From the IMG/VR virus record IMGVR_UViG_3300026484_000110: a DNA stretch of 64,000 nt; one strand, 5' to 3'. Numbering within the stretch: the first letter of the stretch is position 1; every line of letters begins with the position of its first letter. Positions 28,020-38,110 of this stretch are shown here, piece by piece. The notes under the pieces were generated by a model. It worked only from the letters and a program-made list of their open reading frames with translations, searched no databases and had not been told where the DNA came from. This DNA is from a virus. The position numbers were made by a program, and so were the translations under genes.

Positions 28020-28109
28020 ATGGGTGAAAAAATAAAAATAGATCCTTTATTAATTATTATATTTATTTCAGTATTTATAGTAATGATAGCAGTTTATCGG
28101 TATATTTAA
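28020..28109 (+). CDS. Putative 29-aa single-TM micro-protein
   Basis: MGEKIKIDPLLIIIFISVFIVMIAVYRYI*; starts 1 nt after upstream stop, followed directly by terminator hairpin. Confidence 0.4.
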   Translation: MGEKIKIDPLLIIIFISVFIVMIAVYRYI

Positions 28110-28137
28110 ATAGACAGTAGTATAAACTACTGTCTAT
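28110..28137 (+). terminator. Hairpin/terminator
   Basis: ATAGACAGTAG / CTACTGTCTAT. Confidence 0.6.
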
Positions 28138-28176
28138 AGAGTAATTTCTCTGAGAGTATTTTTCTAAGGAGTAAAT

Positions 28177-28926
28177 ATGAATAAAATGGTATTAGCTAGT
28201 AAAAAAGAAAAAAAGAATTTTAAAAATACAGTAATAAAAGATGAAAACGGATATTATAAAGTAACTTTTGGAGCATTTAATACGTTTAATAAATCAGGAA
28301 TTTATTATAATGTGCCTGATATAAATGCTATTTTAGGACCAGGTAGTTTAGTAGCCAAAAGAATAAACGAAGGTATTTTAATAGCTGAAAAGGATCACCC
28401 TGATGTAGAGGGGTTTATTAGAAATGACGATATAAATGGACTTACAAAACGTACTATTAGATTAGACCCGGATAATAAATGCGCACATATTAAGAAAATA
28501 GAAATAGAGAATACGGGTAGAGTAGAACCAGGATTTAAAAATCCTATTTATAAAATATATGGTTGGGTAAAACCAGAAGGACCTAAAAAAGCAGTATTGG
28601 AAGAAGCATTAGAAAATCCTGATGAGAATGTCTATTTTTCTGTAAGGTCATTGGTAAAACAAAAAACAGTAGGAAATTTAGTAATTAGAGATGTATTGTT
28701 AGTATCTACGTGGGACTATGTATATGACGGCGGTGTGCATATGGCAAACCAATGGAATGCAGCTGGATTAGAATCCACAATGGATGTAGTCCTATCTGAT
28801 AATGATTTAAAAAATATAATTGTAGGTTATGAAGGCGGTTGTAAAGATGGTAAGTGCGTGATAGAGACTCTAGAGAGTGTATTAGCAAAAGATAAAGATG
28901 TAGTAGATATAATTATGAATTGGTAA
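28177..28926 (+). CDS. Prohead maturation protease (phiKZ gp175-like)
   Basis: GAFNTFNKSG..Y, E.DHP, FSVRS, TWDYV motifs; AGLE-S site near the C-terminus. Confidence 0.82.
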   Translation: MNKMVLASKKEKKNFKNTVIKDENGYYKVTFGAFNTFNKSGIYYNVPDINAILGPGSLVAKRINEGILIAEKDHPDVEGFIRNDDINGLTKRTIRLDPDNKCAHIKKIEIENTGRVEPGFKNPIYKIYGWVKPEGPKKAVLEEALENPDENVYFSVRSLVKQKTVGNLVIRDVLLVSTWDYVYDGGVHMANQWNAAGLESTMDVVLSDNDLKNIIVGYEGGCKDGKCVIETLESVLAKDKDVVDIIMNW

Positions 28927-28948
28927 TAGGAGTATTTACTCCTATTAC
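28923..28948 (+). terminator. Terminator after protease
   Basis: GTAATAGGAGT / ACTCCTATTAC. Confidence 0.65.
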
Positions 28949-28969
28949 TGATGTTTAAAAAATTTCATT

Positions 28970-28982
28970 TATATATTACTAA
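28970..28982 (+). promoter_or_regulatory. Putative early promoter
   Basis: TATATATTACTAA, 46 nt before ATG. Confidence 0.7.
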
Positions 28983-29015
28983 GATAGAAAACAAAACAAA
29001 TAAAAGGAGTTTATT

Positions 29016-30056
29016 ATGTTAGTTTACGATACAATACCAGATTTAAATTCAGATTGGACAGGACAAAGACATAACTCTGTTCATCATGCCGTATTAAAAC
29101 TAGAAGAAATCATTTTTGATATAAGTGTATGTAAGGATGTGAAAGAGTTGTTTTTACATATAGAACTTAAAACAGGTGACTTGGTTAAATATGTGAAATC
29201 TTATGCATTAAATTCTTATAAGGTTTCATCAAGAAGCGGAAATTGTGTTTTTACGAATTTGGATCTACATGAATGGTTAGATAATGTAAAGACTATTAAT
29301 GATGATCTTAACAGGTTTGAAACTGATACACCTTATGGCAAATATATGGAAAGATTAGTAAAGTCTAACCATACTATACTTATACCAGCTGCGAACTATA
29401 AACTTCTATTCGATAGGAGTACTTCGGCTACTGTTGAAACAATAAAGACCTTTTTAAAAGAATTTCCAGGCATTAAAACTACTTTTATCTCCTATGATAA
29501 AGAATTTCCTTCTGAAATCCTTTCAAAATCAGACGACGAGATCTACAAGTTTTTTCTGATAAGGGAAAGGGAACATCTTAAAGAGGATTTATATAAAGAC
29601 TTAAATCAACTTTATAAAGAACTAAAGAAAGTAAATGAAGAAATTAAAACTGATGAAAGTTGTAAAAGTTTAAATGTTCGTTTACTGACAAAAGCTAGAG
29701 AAGTAAAAGATGTTAAATTTAAATATCCGTATCTAAAAAGTTTTGGAGAATATTTAAAATTTGTAAAAAATAAAAAACACACTTTAAAGTGTGAACCTGA
29801 AAAGATCGAAAATTATTTAAAGAGGTATAAAAGATTATTAGAGTTAAAAGAAGACAGAGGCTATGCTTTAGATTATCTTGTTTGCAAAAGAGTTGAGATG
29901 CTTTATCGTGGACTACCTAGAGGATTACTTTTAGATACCAAATCTAGAAGTTTATTAAGAGAAAGGTCGCGTATTAGAAATCGTATAGCTGAAATTAAAG
30001 AAATGATTTCAGCCATTAACGTAGAAATAGAAAACATGAATTCCGAGAACAATTAA
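29016..30056 (+). CDS. Hypothetical early protein (coiled-coil C-half)
   Basis: 346 aa; own early motif and terminator. Confidence 0.6.
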   Translation: MLVYDTIPDLNSDWTGQRHNSVHHAVLKLEEIIFDISVCKDVKELFLHIELKTGDLVKYVKSYALNSYKVSSRSGNCVFTNLDLHEWLDNVKTINDDLNRFETDTPYGKYMERLVKSNHTILIPAANYKLLFDRSTSATVETIKTFLKEFPGIKTTFISYDKEFPSEILSKSDDEIYKFFLIREREHLKEDLYKDLNQLYKELKKVNEEIKTDESCKSLNVRLLTKAREVKDVKFKYPYLKSFGEYLKFVKNKKHTLKCEPEKIENYLKRYKRLLELKEDRGYALDYLVCKRVEMLYRGLPRGLLLDTKSRSLLRERSRIRNRIAEIKEMISAINVEIENMNSENN

Positions 30057-30066
30057 TTCTCGGAAT
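30040..30066. terminator. Bidirectional terminator
   Basis: ATTCCGAGAA / TTCTCGGAAT between convergent genes. Confidence 0.65.
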
Positions 30067-30097
30067 CTTCTTTTACGATTTGCATATTTATTTTTTT

Positions 30098-31588
30098 TTA
30101 AAATCCAAAATCTTCATCTACGTTTTCATTTACACAATTTGTAATACAATTACCATCTTCATCTTTTCTATCTTCAGGAATAGGTGCTCCTTTAGGAAAT
30201 TCTAACATCGTATATAGTTTCTCTTCATCTATTACAGTAGGTATTCTATGTTTACCTCTTTGTACTGTTAAATAAGGTTTTCTATTCTTATAAGCTTTAG
30301 CTAAAAAAATTTCTAAATCTACCTCTTGATCTAATTGTCCGCTATGCGCGTAATAACCCTTACCAGGTAAATGTTTTACAAATTCAATAGCAGGTATACC
30401 ATTTCTAATTAATCTCTTGGCTTCAGTAGACAACTGATGTGGTGTCACAAATAGAATATTTCTTCTACTCATTTCGTTTCTCATTCTTTTATATAAGTCT
30501 TTATATTCCACACCTGCTGGACCGTTTTTCGTACATCCTTCCGTAGAAATTTGACTTAAGTAATCTGCAAATACTGCATGTATTTCAAATCCTTTTTTAC
30601 CATATTCATCAATAATTTTTACAATTTTTTTATAAGTAGTCTGTGACGGATCCATTCTGATTACTTTAATATTATACTTAATATCCTCTTTTAGATATTT
30701 CCTTAAATAGTCCACCATTTCTTGTTTATCTATATTAGCTTTTTCCGGATTAATTGCTATACCTTCGTTTAAATATTTTAAATATGCATAAAAAAATAAC
30801 ATTACCACGGATAATTCTTCTTCAAAACTAAAAAACAGCATCAATGGTTTTTTATTTTTATCATTCATAACAGGATCGTTTAATCTGGCTAATTGTAAAA
30901 ATAAAGATTTTACAAATCCTGATTTATAGTTATGAGGTAAAGCTGAAATCATAACAAACTCGCCTCTACGTAAACCTCCTTGTAACATCTCATTAATGCA
31001 TTTCCAACCAGTTTTTAATACTGTACTAGTATTTAACAGATTGCTACTGGATTCTACTGCTTTAACTATATCATCTTCACTATCAAAATCTACTTCATTA
31101 ATTATAGCCTCATCTTTTATATCTACAAATTCAATCACATCTTGTAATTCATTTATTACTTCATTAGCTAGTTTATAAATATTCACATTCTTTCTATTTA
31201 ATCTTTTTTCAGCTACTGAAATAATATTTTTTAATTTTAAAAAGTTTATAAAATTACCTATTTCTTTTTTTCTATTATAAATAGCTTTTGCATCTACTTC
31301 TTCTGTTAAATCTTTTAAAACTAAAGTTGATAAAGCAGGTCTATCTATTAAAATACTACCTAAACTACTAGCTAGTGAGTTTATATCATTTATACCATTT
31401 TCTATAATATCGTTTAAAACATTTAAAAGACTATTAAGTAATTCCGCTTCACCATTAAAATGTTTATCTTTTTGTTTTAAAACATGATCCCTGATAATTA
31501 TAGCTAATTCTATAGATTCTATAGCACCATGCTTATATTCTGATGCTAATAATAGTATCGTTTTAACTAGAGCTTCTATTGCATTCAT
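30098..31588 (-). CDS. dnaB: DnaB-like replicative helicase (phiKZ gp118-like)
   Basis: TGW..INEMLQGGLRRGE, SALPHNYKSG, FADY, TPHQL; lies divergently upstream of the capsid operon. Confidence 0.85.
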   Translation of the reverse strand: MNAIEALVKTILLLASEYKHGAIESIELAIIIRDHVLKQKDKHFNGEAELLNSLLNVLNDIIENGINDINSLASSLGSILIDRPALSTLVLKDLTEEVDAKAIYNRKKEIGNFINFLKLKNIISVAEKRLNRKNVNIYKLANEVINELQDVIEFVDIKDEAIINEVDFDSEDDIVKAVESSSNLLNTSTVLKTGWKCINEMLQGGLRRGEFVMISALPHNYKSGFVKSLFLQLARLNDPVMNDKNKKPLMLFFSFEEELSVVMLFFYAYLKYLNEGIAINPEKANIDKQEMVDYLRKYLKEDIKYNIKVIRMDPSQTTYKKIVKIIDEYGKKGFEIHAVFADYLSQISTEGCTKNGPAGVEYKDLYKRMRNEMSRRNILFVTPHQLSTEAKRLIRNGIPAIEFVKHLPGKGYYAHSGQLDQEVDLEIFLAKAYKNRKPYLTVQRGKHRIPTVIDEEKLYTMLEFPKGAPIPEDRKDEDGNCITNCVNENVDEDFGF

Positions 31589-31613
31589 TAAGGATTCCTT
31601 TCATTTGTTTTTT

Positions 31614-31627
31614 CTTGAAATTTCAAG
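31614..31627. repeat. 14-bp perfect palindrome between divergent dnaB and capsid operon
   Basis: CTTGAAATTTCAAG. Confidence 0.75.
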
Positions 31628-31658
31628 GTATCCAATCTTGATAAAAAAGGAATGAAAA

Positions 31659-32213
31659 ATGTATAAGAGTAAGTTTAACGGTATTAATAAGAAAAGTGTT
31701 CCTATTGGAGTAGTGACAGAAGATCTTTTAAATAATGAGAGTTTTATAAAACACTTAAAAGGTTATTATGAATCTGAGTTAAGAAAAAACGTAGAAGAAA
31801 GAGAATACCATCTTACGATGGTTAAAGAATCTGTAGACCGTTACAATTTAGGTATGTTCCTATTGTTAAATAGAAAAATATTCAATTCGGGATTAAGAAA
31901 TCTAGTAATAGCTAATTTATCTGGCTATTATACATTACTAGATGGTTTAATTACTATTGATGATATAAAAATAGATGAAAAAACTACTGATGGTATGAAT
32001 AATACTGTAAAGTTTGAAATAGTAGAAAAAGATGGTTACATGTTTATCGTAATTAAAAATACTAATGTTATAGAAAATTTACTAACTAATGAAAAACTAT
32101 TTGAGATGTTCATACTGGATGTGAGTAACGAGTTAATTAAGAAAAATGATGAAAATGTAGCATATAAGCTACTATTAATGAGAAACATTAAACGTTTAAT
32201 GTTTAAAGAATAA
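31659..32213 (+). CDS. Hypothetical protein (phiKZ gp119-like position)
   Basis: Between DnaB and MCP. Confidence 0.5.
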   Translation: MYKSKFNGINKKSVPIGVVTEDLLNNESFIKHLKGYYESELRKNVEEREYHLTMVKESVDRYNLGMFLLLNRKIFNSGLRNLVIANLSGYYTLLDGLITIDDIKIDEKTTDGMNNTVKFEIVEKDGYMFIVIKNTNVIENLLTNEKLFEMFILDVSNELIKKNDENVAYKLLLMRNIKRLMFKE

Positions 32214-32274
32214 CAGTATAGAATTATATATACTGTAAATGATATGATATAAATTTAGAATTGAAGGAGAAACA

Positions 32275-34401
32275 ATGAGTCTTGTACAAAACTTATTCGA
32301 AAAGATTAAAACAGAACTAAGCGTAAACGGTGCTGATAAAAAACAATCTGCAGCAATGACTGTAGTAGGATTTGAATCAGCAGATGAATTCACAAAACAA
32401 GCAGCTAGAGACGCAGCAGCTAGTATTGAAAATGCAGTAGTAGCAGCTTTTGAATCTGCTAAGATGGAAGACGGTGTAGATATTAAAGATCACGTATTAG
32501 ATGCAGTTAAAAAGGTAGCAGTACTAGCAACTGATCCTGTTACAGTAATTAAAAATCTTTCTAAAAATAGAAGAAATCCTGAAATTACAGCAGGTAGTGA
32601 AGCAGTTACTATTGATTCTACAATCTTTGATGCAGATGATGCAATTGGTGTTGGGTATGAAGCATTTGATGGTCAAAACGTAACACCTAGTATTCATTTC
32701 TCAGTATTATACAATGCTATGGTGATGCAACAAGATGATGTAGTAGAACTATTCTTCCCAATTATACCTATCGATCCAAAATCAAGTGGTGCTACTGTAT
32801 CAATGGTAATCGATAGCGTAATGAGAGAAGTTACTAGAACAGTTGATGGTAATGTAAATAAACCTAAATTCGATAAAACACCATTAGTTAAAATCGTAAA
32901 TGATCCAGATAAAATTGACGTAGATAAAAACAGATTAGTACCAGTACTAAGAGACCAAAATAAAACTAAATTTGTAGATACACTTTCTGAAACAGTAAAT
33001 TACAATGGTGAGACCGTAACAACAGCACCTCTTAAAGTAAATGAAGAAGTAAACCTATTGTCAATTTCACAAACTGATAGCATGTTAGCTAGAGGTGTAA
33101 TGGATGAAACTGATGCATTGGATGCAAATGTTAGAATTCTTGGACTATACGCTAGTCTAACAGGTAAAGATAGTGAAGGTAATGAAGTAACTGAGCAATT
33201 CAGATTTGATTTATCACAATTACCAGCTCACTTCACATATAGTACTAGAGACCATAACAAAGACATTATTCTTGGACTAGACACTGATAGTCTTGCTATG
33301 GTATTTGGAGAAACTAAAACAGCTCAAGGTGCAGATAGTGTGGTATTAGGTAATCTACCAGAAGGTTATACAGCTAAACTTAGACTAGTATTGAATGGTG
33401 CGGGTAATACTCAATACGGTGACGTAGCTGTATATGTAAACAAATTAGAACTTGTTAGTGTATATGATGCAGCTGGAAGAGAACTTCCTAAAACATCTGA
33501 TGTTTATAGCGATGTTAAAGCAGTGTTTGATACAATTAAACCACTTGGTTATGATGTAGAAGCATATTTAACGAATACAAACGCTAGAATGAGAGGATTG
33601 ATTGTAACTTCTGACAGATATACAGAAGTATTCACAGTACCTTATAGAACTGGTATTACTATTCAAACACCAGTAGTTATTAATGGTGACGACGGTGACC
33701 TACAATATTTGAATTCACAAATCAATGCTGGTAGAGCTAAAATGAATATGGCTGGATTTAAAGTATTAACAGGAGTAATCGATTATCTAAGATCAACAGA
33801 CAGAATTGATCCACAAATGACTGGTCTAAGTACTAAACTAGTAAACAAATTCTTTGTAGAAGAAACACTAGACCTTACTAAACTAGTAGATTCTCTAAAC
33901 AGTAATACTAGAGAAGAAGATGTAAGAAAAGCGTTAACATTAAAAATTAAAAATGCAGCAATCAGAGCTTATCTAGAATCAAATTACGGAATAGCTCTAA
34001 GTACATTAAGACCTGATTTAAAACCAACAATCATCATTGGTACTGATCCTATTATAGGTGCATTCCTACTAGGAAACGGTGGTATCGAAAATGATGCACA
34101 GTTTAATTATGAAATTAGAACATCTGTAAACCCAATGATGAGAGGTAAAATCGTATTCTCATTTGGTGTATTCGATGGTAACAGAAATAAAGAACCTAAT
34201 GCACTAAACTTTGGTCAGTGTTTCTGGTCTCCTGAAATTGTAATTAACGTACTTAAAACAGTTAATGGATCAACTAGAAGCGAACTTACTACAATGCCAA
34301 GATTTAGACATGTAGCTAACCTACCAATCGTAGGAGTATTTAACGTTACTAATGTTGAGTCTGTATTGGGTAAACTAGCAGTAAATACAAAAACAGTTTA
34401 A
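32275..34401 (+). CDS. Major capsid protein (phiKZ gp120-like)
   Basis: 708 aa; GYE-AFDGQ processing site, QDDVVELFFP motif, PRFRHVANLP C-terminus; biased high-expression codon usage; synteny. Confidence 0.88.
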   Translation: MSLVQNLFEKIKTELSVNGADKKQSAAMTVVGFESADEFTKQAARDAAASIENAVVAAFESAKMEDGVDIKDHVLDAVKKVAVLATDPVTVIKNLSKNRRNPEITAGSEAVTIDSTIFDADDAIGVGYEAFDGQNVTPSIHFSVLYNAMVMQQDDVVELFFPIIPIDPKSSGATVSMVIDSVMREVTRTVDGNVNKPKFDKTPLVKIVNDPDKIDVDKNRLVPVLRDQNKTKFVDTLSETVNYNGETVTTAPLKVNEEVNLLSISQTDSMLARGVMDETDALDANVRILGLYASLTGKDSEGNEVTEQFRFDLSQLPAHFTYSTRDHNKDIILGLDTDSLAMVFGETKTAQGADSVVLGNLPEGYTAKLRLVLNGAGNTQYGDVAVYVNKLELVSVYDAAGRELPKTSDVYSDVKAVFDTIKPLGYDVEAYLTNTNARMRGLIVTSDRYTEVFTVPYRTGITIQTPVVINGDDGDLQYLNSQINAGRAKMNMAGFKVLTGVIDYLRSTDRIDPQMTGLSTKLVNKFFVEETLDLTKLVDSLNSNTREEDVRKALTLKIKNAAIRAYLESNYGIALSTLRPDLKPTIIIGTDPIIGAFLLGNGGIENDAQFNYEIRTSVNPMMRGKIVFSFGVFDGNRNKEPNALNFGQCFWSPEIVINVLKTVNGSTRSELTTMPRFRHVANLPIVGVFNVTNVESVLGKLAVNTKTV

Positions 34402-34404
34402 TAC

Positions 34405-34432
34405 TACTTAGAGTCCAAATGGACTCTAAGTA
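34405..34432 (+). terminator. Terminator after MCP
   Basis: TACTTAGAGTCC / GGACTCTAAGTA. Confidence 0.7.
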
Positions 34433-34486
34433 AAATATTTTTTCCTTAGAATACTTTGAAACATTACAATAATATAAGGAGATATA

Positions 34487-35185
34487 ATGGGTAGAAGAAC
34501 AACTAGAACTAGAAAAACTAAAGTAGAAGAACAGGAAATTAAACAAGAAGAGGTAAAAGCAGAAGAAACAGTTGAACAACCTAAAGAAGAACAACCTGCA
34601 CCTGTAGAAGAGGAAACTAAAAAAGAGCAACCTAAACAAAATAAACCAAAAAATAAAAAAATAGATATCGAATCTTTGGATACAAATAATCCTCAATATG
34701 TAGAAGCCGTTCTAACAGAGAGTAAAAGTCTAGATGATTTACTAGATAAACTTAGAAAATCACCGCTAACTAAATTAATAGCTGGTAGATTAAAAGCGTA
34801 TATAGACGCGATGGGTACAAGCAAAGTATTAAATCCGAAAGATGGTGCAGCTAAAAACTATGAAATGTATAATTTAATTATCAGTATAGCTAAGAATCCA
34901 GACTATAATAAATTCCAATTACAATTTAAAGTATTGAATAAAGCATTCCTTTTAGGTAGAAAAGGTGTGTTTAGTCCTATTAATCTAAGTAGATACGATT
35001 TTGAATGGAGATGGGGATTAAAATCTAAATCTCAATATGAAAAATTGGTAGAATTAATTACTACATTAGCTAATCCAGGTAATAGAAAACAAATTGGTAA
35101 AACAATTAGTTTAGAAAGTGCGCTATCTGATTTACCAGAAGCAGCCAGAGAAAACATTACTAGATTCTATACAACAAATAGTTAA
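34487..35185 (+). CDS. Conserved protein downstream of MCP, E/K-rich disordered N-terminus
   Basis: 232 aa, SD AAGGAG. Confidence 0.55.
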   Translation: MGRRTTRTRKTKVEEQEIKQEEVKAEETVEQPKEEQPAPVEEETKKEQPKQNKPKNKKIDIESLDTNNPQYVEAVLTESKSLDDLLDKLRKSPLTKLIAGRLKAYIDAMGTSKVLNPKDGAAKNYEMYNLIISIAKNPDYNKFQLQFKVLNKAFLLGRKGVFSPINLSRYDFEWRWGLKSKSQYEKLVELITTLANPGNRKQIGKTISLESALSDLPEAARENITRFYTTNS

Positions 35186-35216
35186 TACATACTAGGGATA
35201 AACCCTAGTATGTATT
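35184..35216 (+). terminator. Intrinsic terminator
   Basis: AATACATACTAGGG / CCCTAGTATGTATT plus T run. Confidence 0.78.
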
Positions 35217-35242
35217 TTATTTTTTTTCTAATTTTTTATAAT

Positions 35243-35255
35243 AATATATTATTTA
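35243..35255 (+). promoter_or_regulatory. Putative early promoter
   Basis: AATATATTATTTA, 38 nt before ATG 35281. Confidence 0.55.
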
Positions 35256-35280
35256 GTTAGTGAAGATGAAAGGAGATGAC

Positions 35281-36357
35281 ATGGTGGTAGATGATAAGAT
35301 AATATCAGAAACATTTAATACTGAAGTAGAACAAAGAATCTTTCCAAAACCAACAATTCCACTACATACTGATGTAAATCCATTAGTAACGAAGATGGAA
35401 AGATTCGGCATAAATTATGGTAAACCACACCATCGAATGTATGTATATACAAATGTAGACGATAGAAGATTTTATTTTCTTAGAGATGGTATGCTTTTAC
35501 CAGTAGAATATAATTATGATTTAAACAATCTTATACCCAAGAAAAAAGATATGAGTAATGAAGGAATATTTGTAATCAGATACTATACCATTTATGAAAA
35601 ATCTATACAGTTAATTTTAAAGATTTTGGATTACCACAAGAATGTAAGTAAATTACTGAGACCTGAAGTAAAGAAGTACGTAATTGAAGAATTAGAAAAT
35701 ATACTAAAGAATTTTAACGAACAAAGTTATGAAATTAGTATTAGATTAATCGATTTTATACCATTGGAATTATTAACATCTACTACATTAGTGGAATATA
35801 CAGAAACAAACATGATATTTAGCGATAGCGTAGAAAATTTCGAGTTAATATCTAATCAATCTACTAAATTATTCGATACAGTAGTGGAAGTAGATACTGG
35901 AAATAAACTACTTTTGGAGATAGAATTTAATAGTAGAGCAAGTGAGGATAGGAGATATCTGAAAATATTAGGAGACGTGATGGAAATTCGTCCTAATGTT
36001 TCAGATGTTAAACATCCTCAAGTACGTGTAGCATATTATAGAGATGGATACAAAATAAGAGAACGTTTAATTCTCAATACAGATGATCCATTTAAAGAGT
36101 TATACGAAAATAAAAGTGATGTGAATAATGACGATTTGATTAGTCAAGTAGTAGATAGAGTAAAGCTCTCTACTGAAGTAGTAGCTGAAAGAATTAAACA
36201 TGTTAGAGAATTAAGAGAGTATTTGATAAAAGAGAATTTACAATTATATAAGTTAATGGAACAATTAGTAAAAAATGAAACAGCAATAAATGCGTTAGAA
36301 CGTAGTAGCTTAAAAGACTTTACAGAATCTCTTAAGCTACTAAAAGGTATACTATAA
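35281..36357 (+). CDS. Hypothetical core protein (phiKZ gp122-like position)
   Basis: SD AGGAG before ATG 35281; early motif upstream. Confidence 0.5.
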   Translation: MVVDDKIISETFNTEVEQRIFPKPTIPLHTDVNPLVTKMERFGINYGKPHHRMYVYTNVDDRRFYFLRDGMLLPVEYNYDLNNLIPKKKDMSNEGIFVIRYYTIYEKSIQLILKILDYHKNVSKLLRPEVKKYVIEELENILKNFNEQSYEISIRLIDFIPLELLTSTTLVEYTETNMIFSDSVENFELISNQSTKLFDTVVEVDTGNKLLLEIEFNSRASEDRRYLKILGDVMEIRPNVSDVKHPQVRVAYYRDGYKIRERLILNTDDPFKELYENKSDVNNDDLISQVVDRVKLSTEVVAERIKHVRELREYLIKENLQLYKLMEQLVKNETAINALERSSLKDFTESLKLLKGIL

Positions 36358-36403
36358 TTTTTGTAAAATTCATTATATATTGTAGACCATAAAAGGAGTA
36401 AAA

Positions 36404-38086
36404 ATGAATTTAAATAAACGCGTATTCAAACACACTGAGAGTAAATCAAAATTTAATCCCCAAGTCGTAAGCGGTATGGGTAAACTTTATTTAGATAAAG
36501 TACCTGAATATTTAGATAGTATTATTAGGACTGGTGTAGCTAACCTAATACCAGAAATACCATTCAGTTACAATGGATGGAGATACCTATCTCCAGAAGA
36601 GGACTTTCATGACCAATTCAAATCTAGTAGTAGTAAAAATAGTATTGACGTAGCTAAAAACACACTGTATAAAATTGAATTCAGTTTTGAATTCAATGGA
36701 CAAGAATTAAAAAGAGTATTACTACTACCATATGTAGAAAAAGGTAGCATAATGTATCTATCTGATGCTATATATTCAGTAGTCCCTGTGCTAACAGAAT
36801 ATGTCGTATATCCTACAAATAAAGAAGTCTTTGTAAGGCTATTGAAAGATAAATTAATATTTAAAAGAATGGAAAGAAATATTTTAATAGACGGAGTAAA
36901 AACACCTGTGCCAGTAATTCATAGTAGAGCTTATAAATTCACACAAGGAGTAAACGATAAGGTACCTATGGCGTTATATCTATTTGTTAGAAACGGTTTT
37001 TATGGTGTGTTTGAAAAGTATTTTAATACTAAACCAATTATAAAAGGACCAGACGACATGGTCACTGATAAAGAAAGAGAAAAATATACAGTGTTTGAGT
37101 CTACTGGTGTAAAACCTAGAATTCTACACGATCCAAATTATAGACCACATGGTATCAAAATTTTAGTAGAAAAAGATAAAGTAAATCCATTTATGGAATC
37201 AGTAATAGGTGGATTAATTTATAGCTTTGATTTAATAAATGTATTTTCTAGACATTTACCAGATATATTAACAGGTAAGTCTAGAATGGATGAAAATACA
37301 TTTTGGAGAGTATTACTGGGTAAAGTAATATTTAGAAACAAGTATACCCAAGATAAAATATTAAATGCTATGCAGGAATATATAAGTGTAATTAATACTT
37401 ATATAGATCCTATTATTGATGCTAAACTAAAAGAATCCGGAATTGTAATAGAAGACTTTTATGACTTGGTAGCTTATATTATTAAGAATTATAACGAACT
37501 AGTAATTAATTCAGAAAGGAGGAGCTCTAATTTAGAATTTAGATATATAGATGTGATATATTATCTAATGTTTGAAATCATTGCAGGTATAAATAAAATC
37601 TTTTATGGAATAAATAAGGAATATACCAAAAAGGGTGATAAATTAAGTTTAAGAGATATTGAGAACTTGTTTAACAAACATTTGACTAGTAGGAAAATAT
37701 TTAGTTTAATCAAAGGAGCTACTAACTTGGCATTAATGCCTATTGATTATTCTGGAGATAACTATTATCCTAAAATTACTGCTATCCTAGAAGATCAAAA
37801 TCGTGGTTCTGGTGTGAAAAGAGATAAGAAAGCTAGTTTCCCTCACTTTGCTAGGAACTTACATGCTGAAGATCTATATCTAGGTAACATCCTGTATATT
37901 GTTAAAAAGTCACCATCGCCTAGATTCAGAATTAATCCATTTTTAGAGGTAGATATAAATACCGGTAAAATAAAAATGGATGACGATATGAAACGTAGGT
38001 TAAACAAAATGGAGCACTTACTGGAAGGTAAATTTGAAAACGATGAAATACTAGAGAAAGAACGTATCGAAGAAATTAACATATAG
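36404..38086 (+). CDS. Non-virion RNAP beta subunit, N-terminal part (phiKZ gp123-like)
   Basis: LLLPYVEKGSIMYLSD..YSVVPVLTE, FVRLLKDKLIF, KSPSPRFRINPF; three genes after MCP as in phiKZ. Confidence 0.8.
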   Translation: MNLNKRVFKHTESKSKFNPQVVSGMGKLYLDKVPEYLDSIIRTGVANLIPEIPFSYNGWRYLSPEEDFHDQFKSSSSKNSIDVAKNTLYKIEFSFEFNGQELKRVLLLPYVEKGSIMYLSDAIYSVVPVLTEYVVYPTNKEVFVRLLKDKLIFKRMERNILIDGVKTPVPVIHSRAYKFTQGVNDKVPMALYLFVRNGFYGVFEKYFNTKPIIKGPDDMVTDKEREKYTVFESTGVKPRILHDPNYRPHGIKILVEKDKVNPFMESVIGGLIYSFDLINVFSRHLPDILTGKSRMDENTFWRVLLGKVIFRNKYTQDKILNAMQEYISVINTYIDPIIDAKLKESGIVIEDFYDLVAYIIKNYNELVINSERRSSNLEFRYIDVIYYLMFEIIAGINKIFYGINKEYTKKGDKLSLRDIENLFNKHLTSRKIFSLIKGATNLALMPIDYSGDNYYPKITAILEDQNRGSGVKRDKKASFPHFARNLHAEDLYLGNILYIVKKSPSPRFRINPFLEVDINTGKIKMDDDMKRRLNKMEHLLEGKFENDEILEKERIEEINI

Positions 38087-38110
38087 GTAGAGGAAAATTC
38101 CTCTACCTAT
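38083..38110. terminator. Bidirectional terminator
   Basis: ATAGGTAGAGGAA / TTCCTCTACCTAT. Confidence 0.72.
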
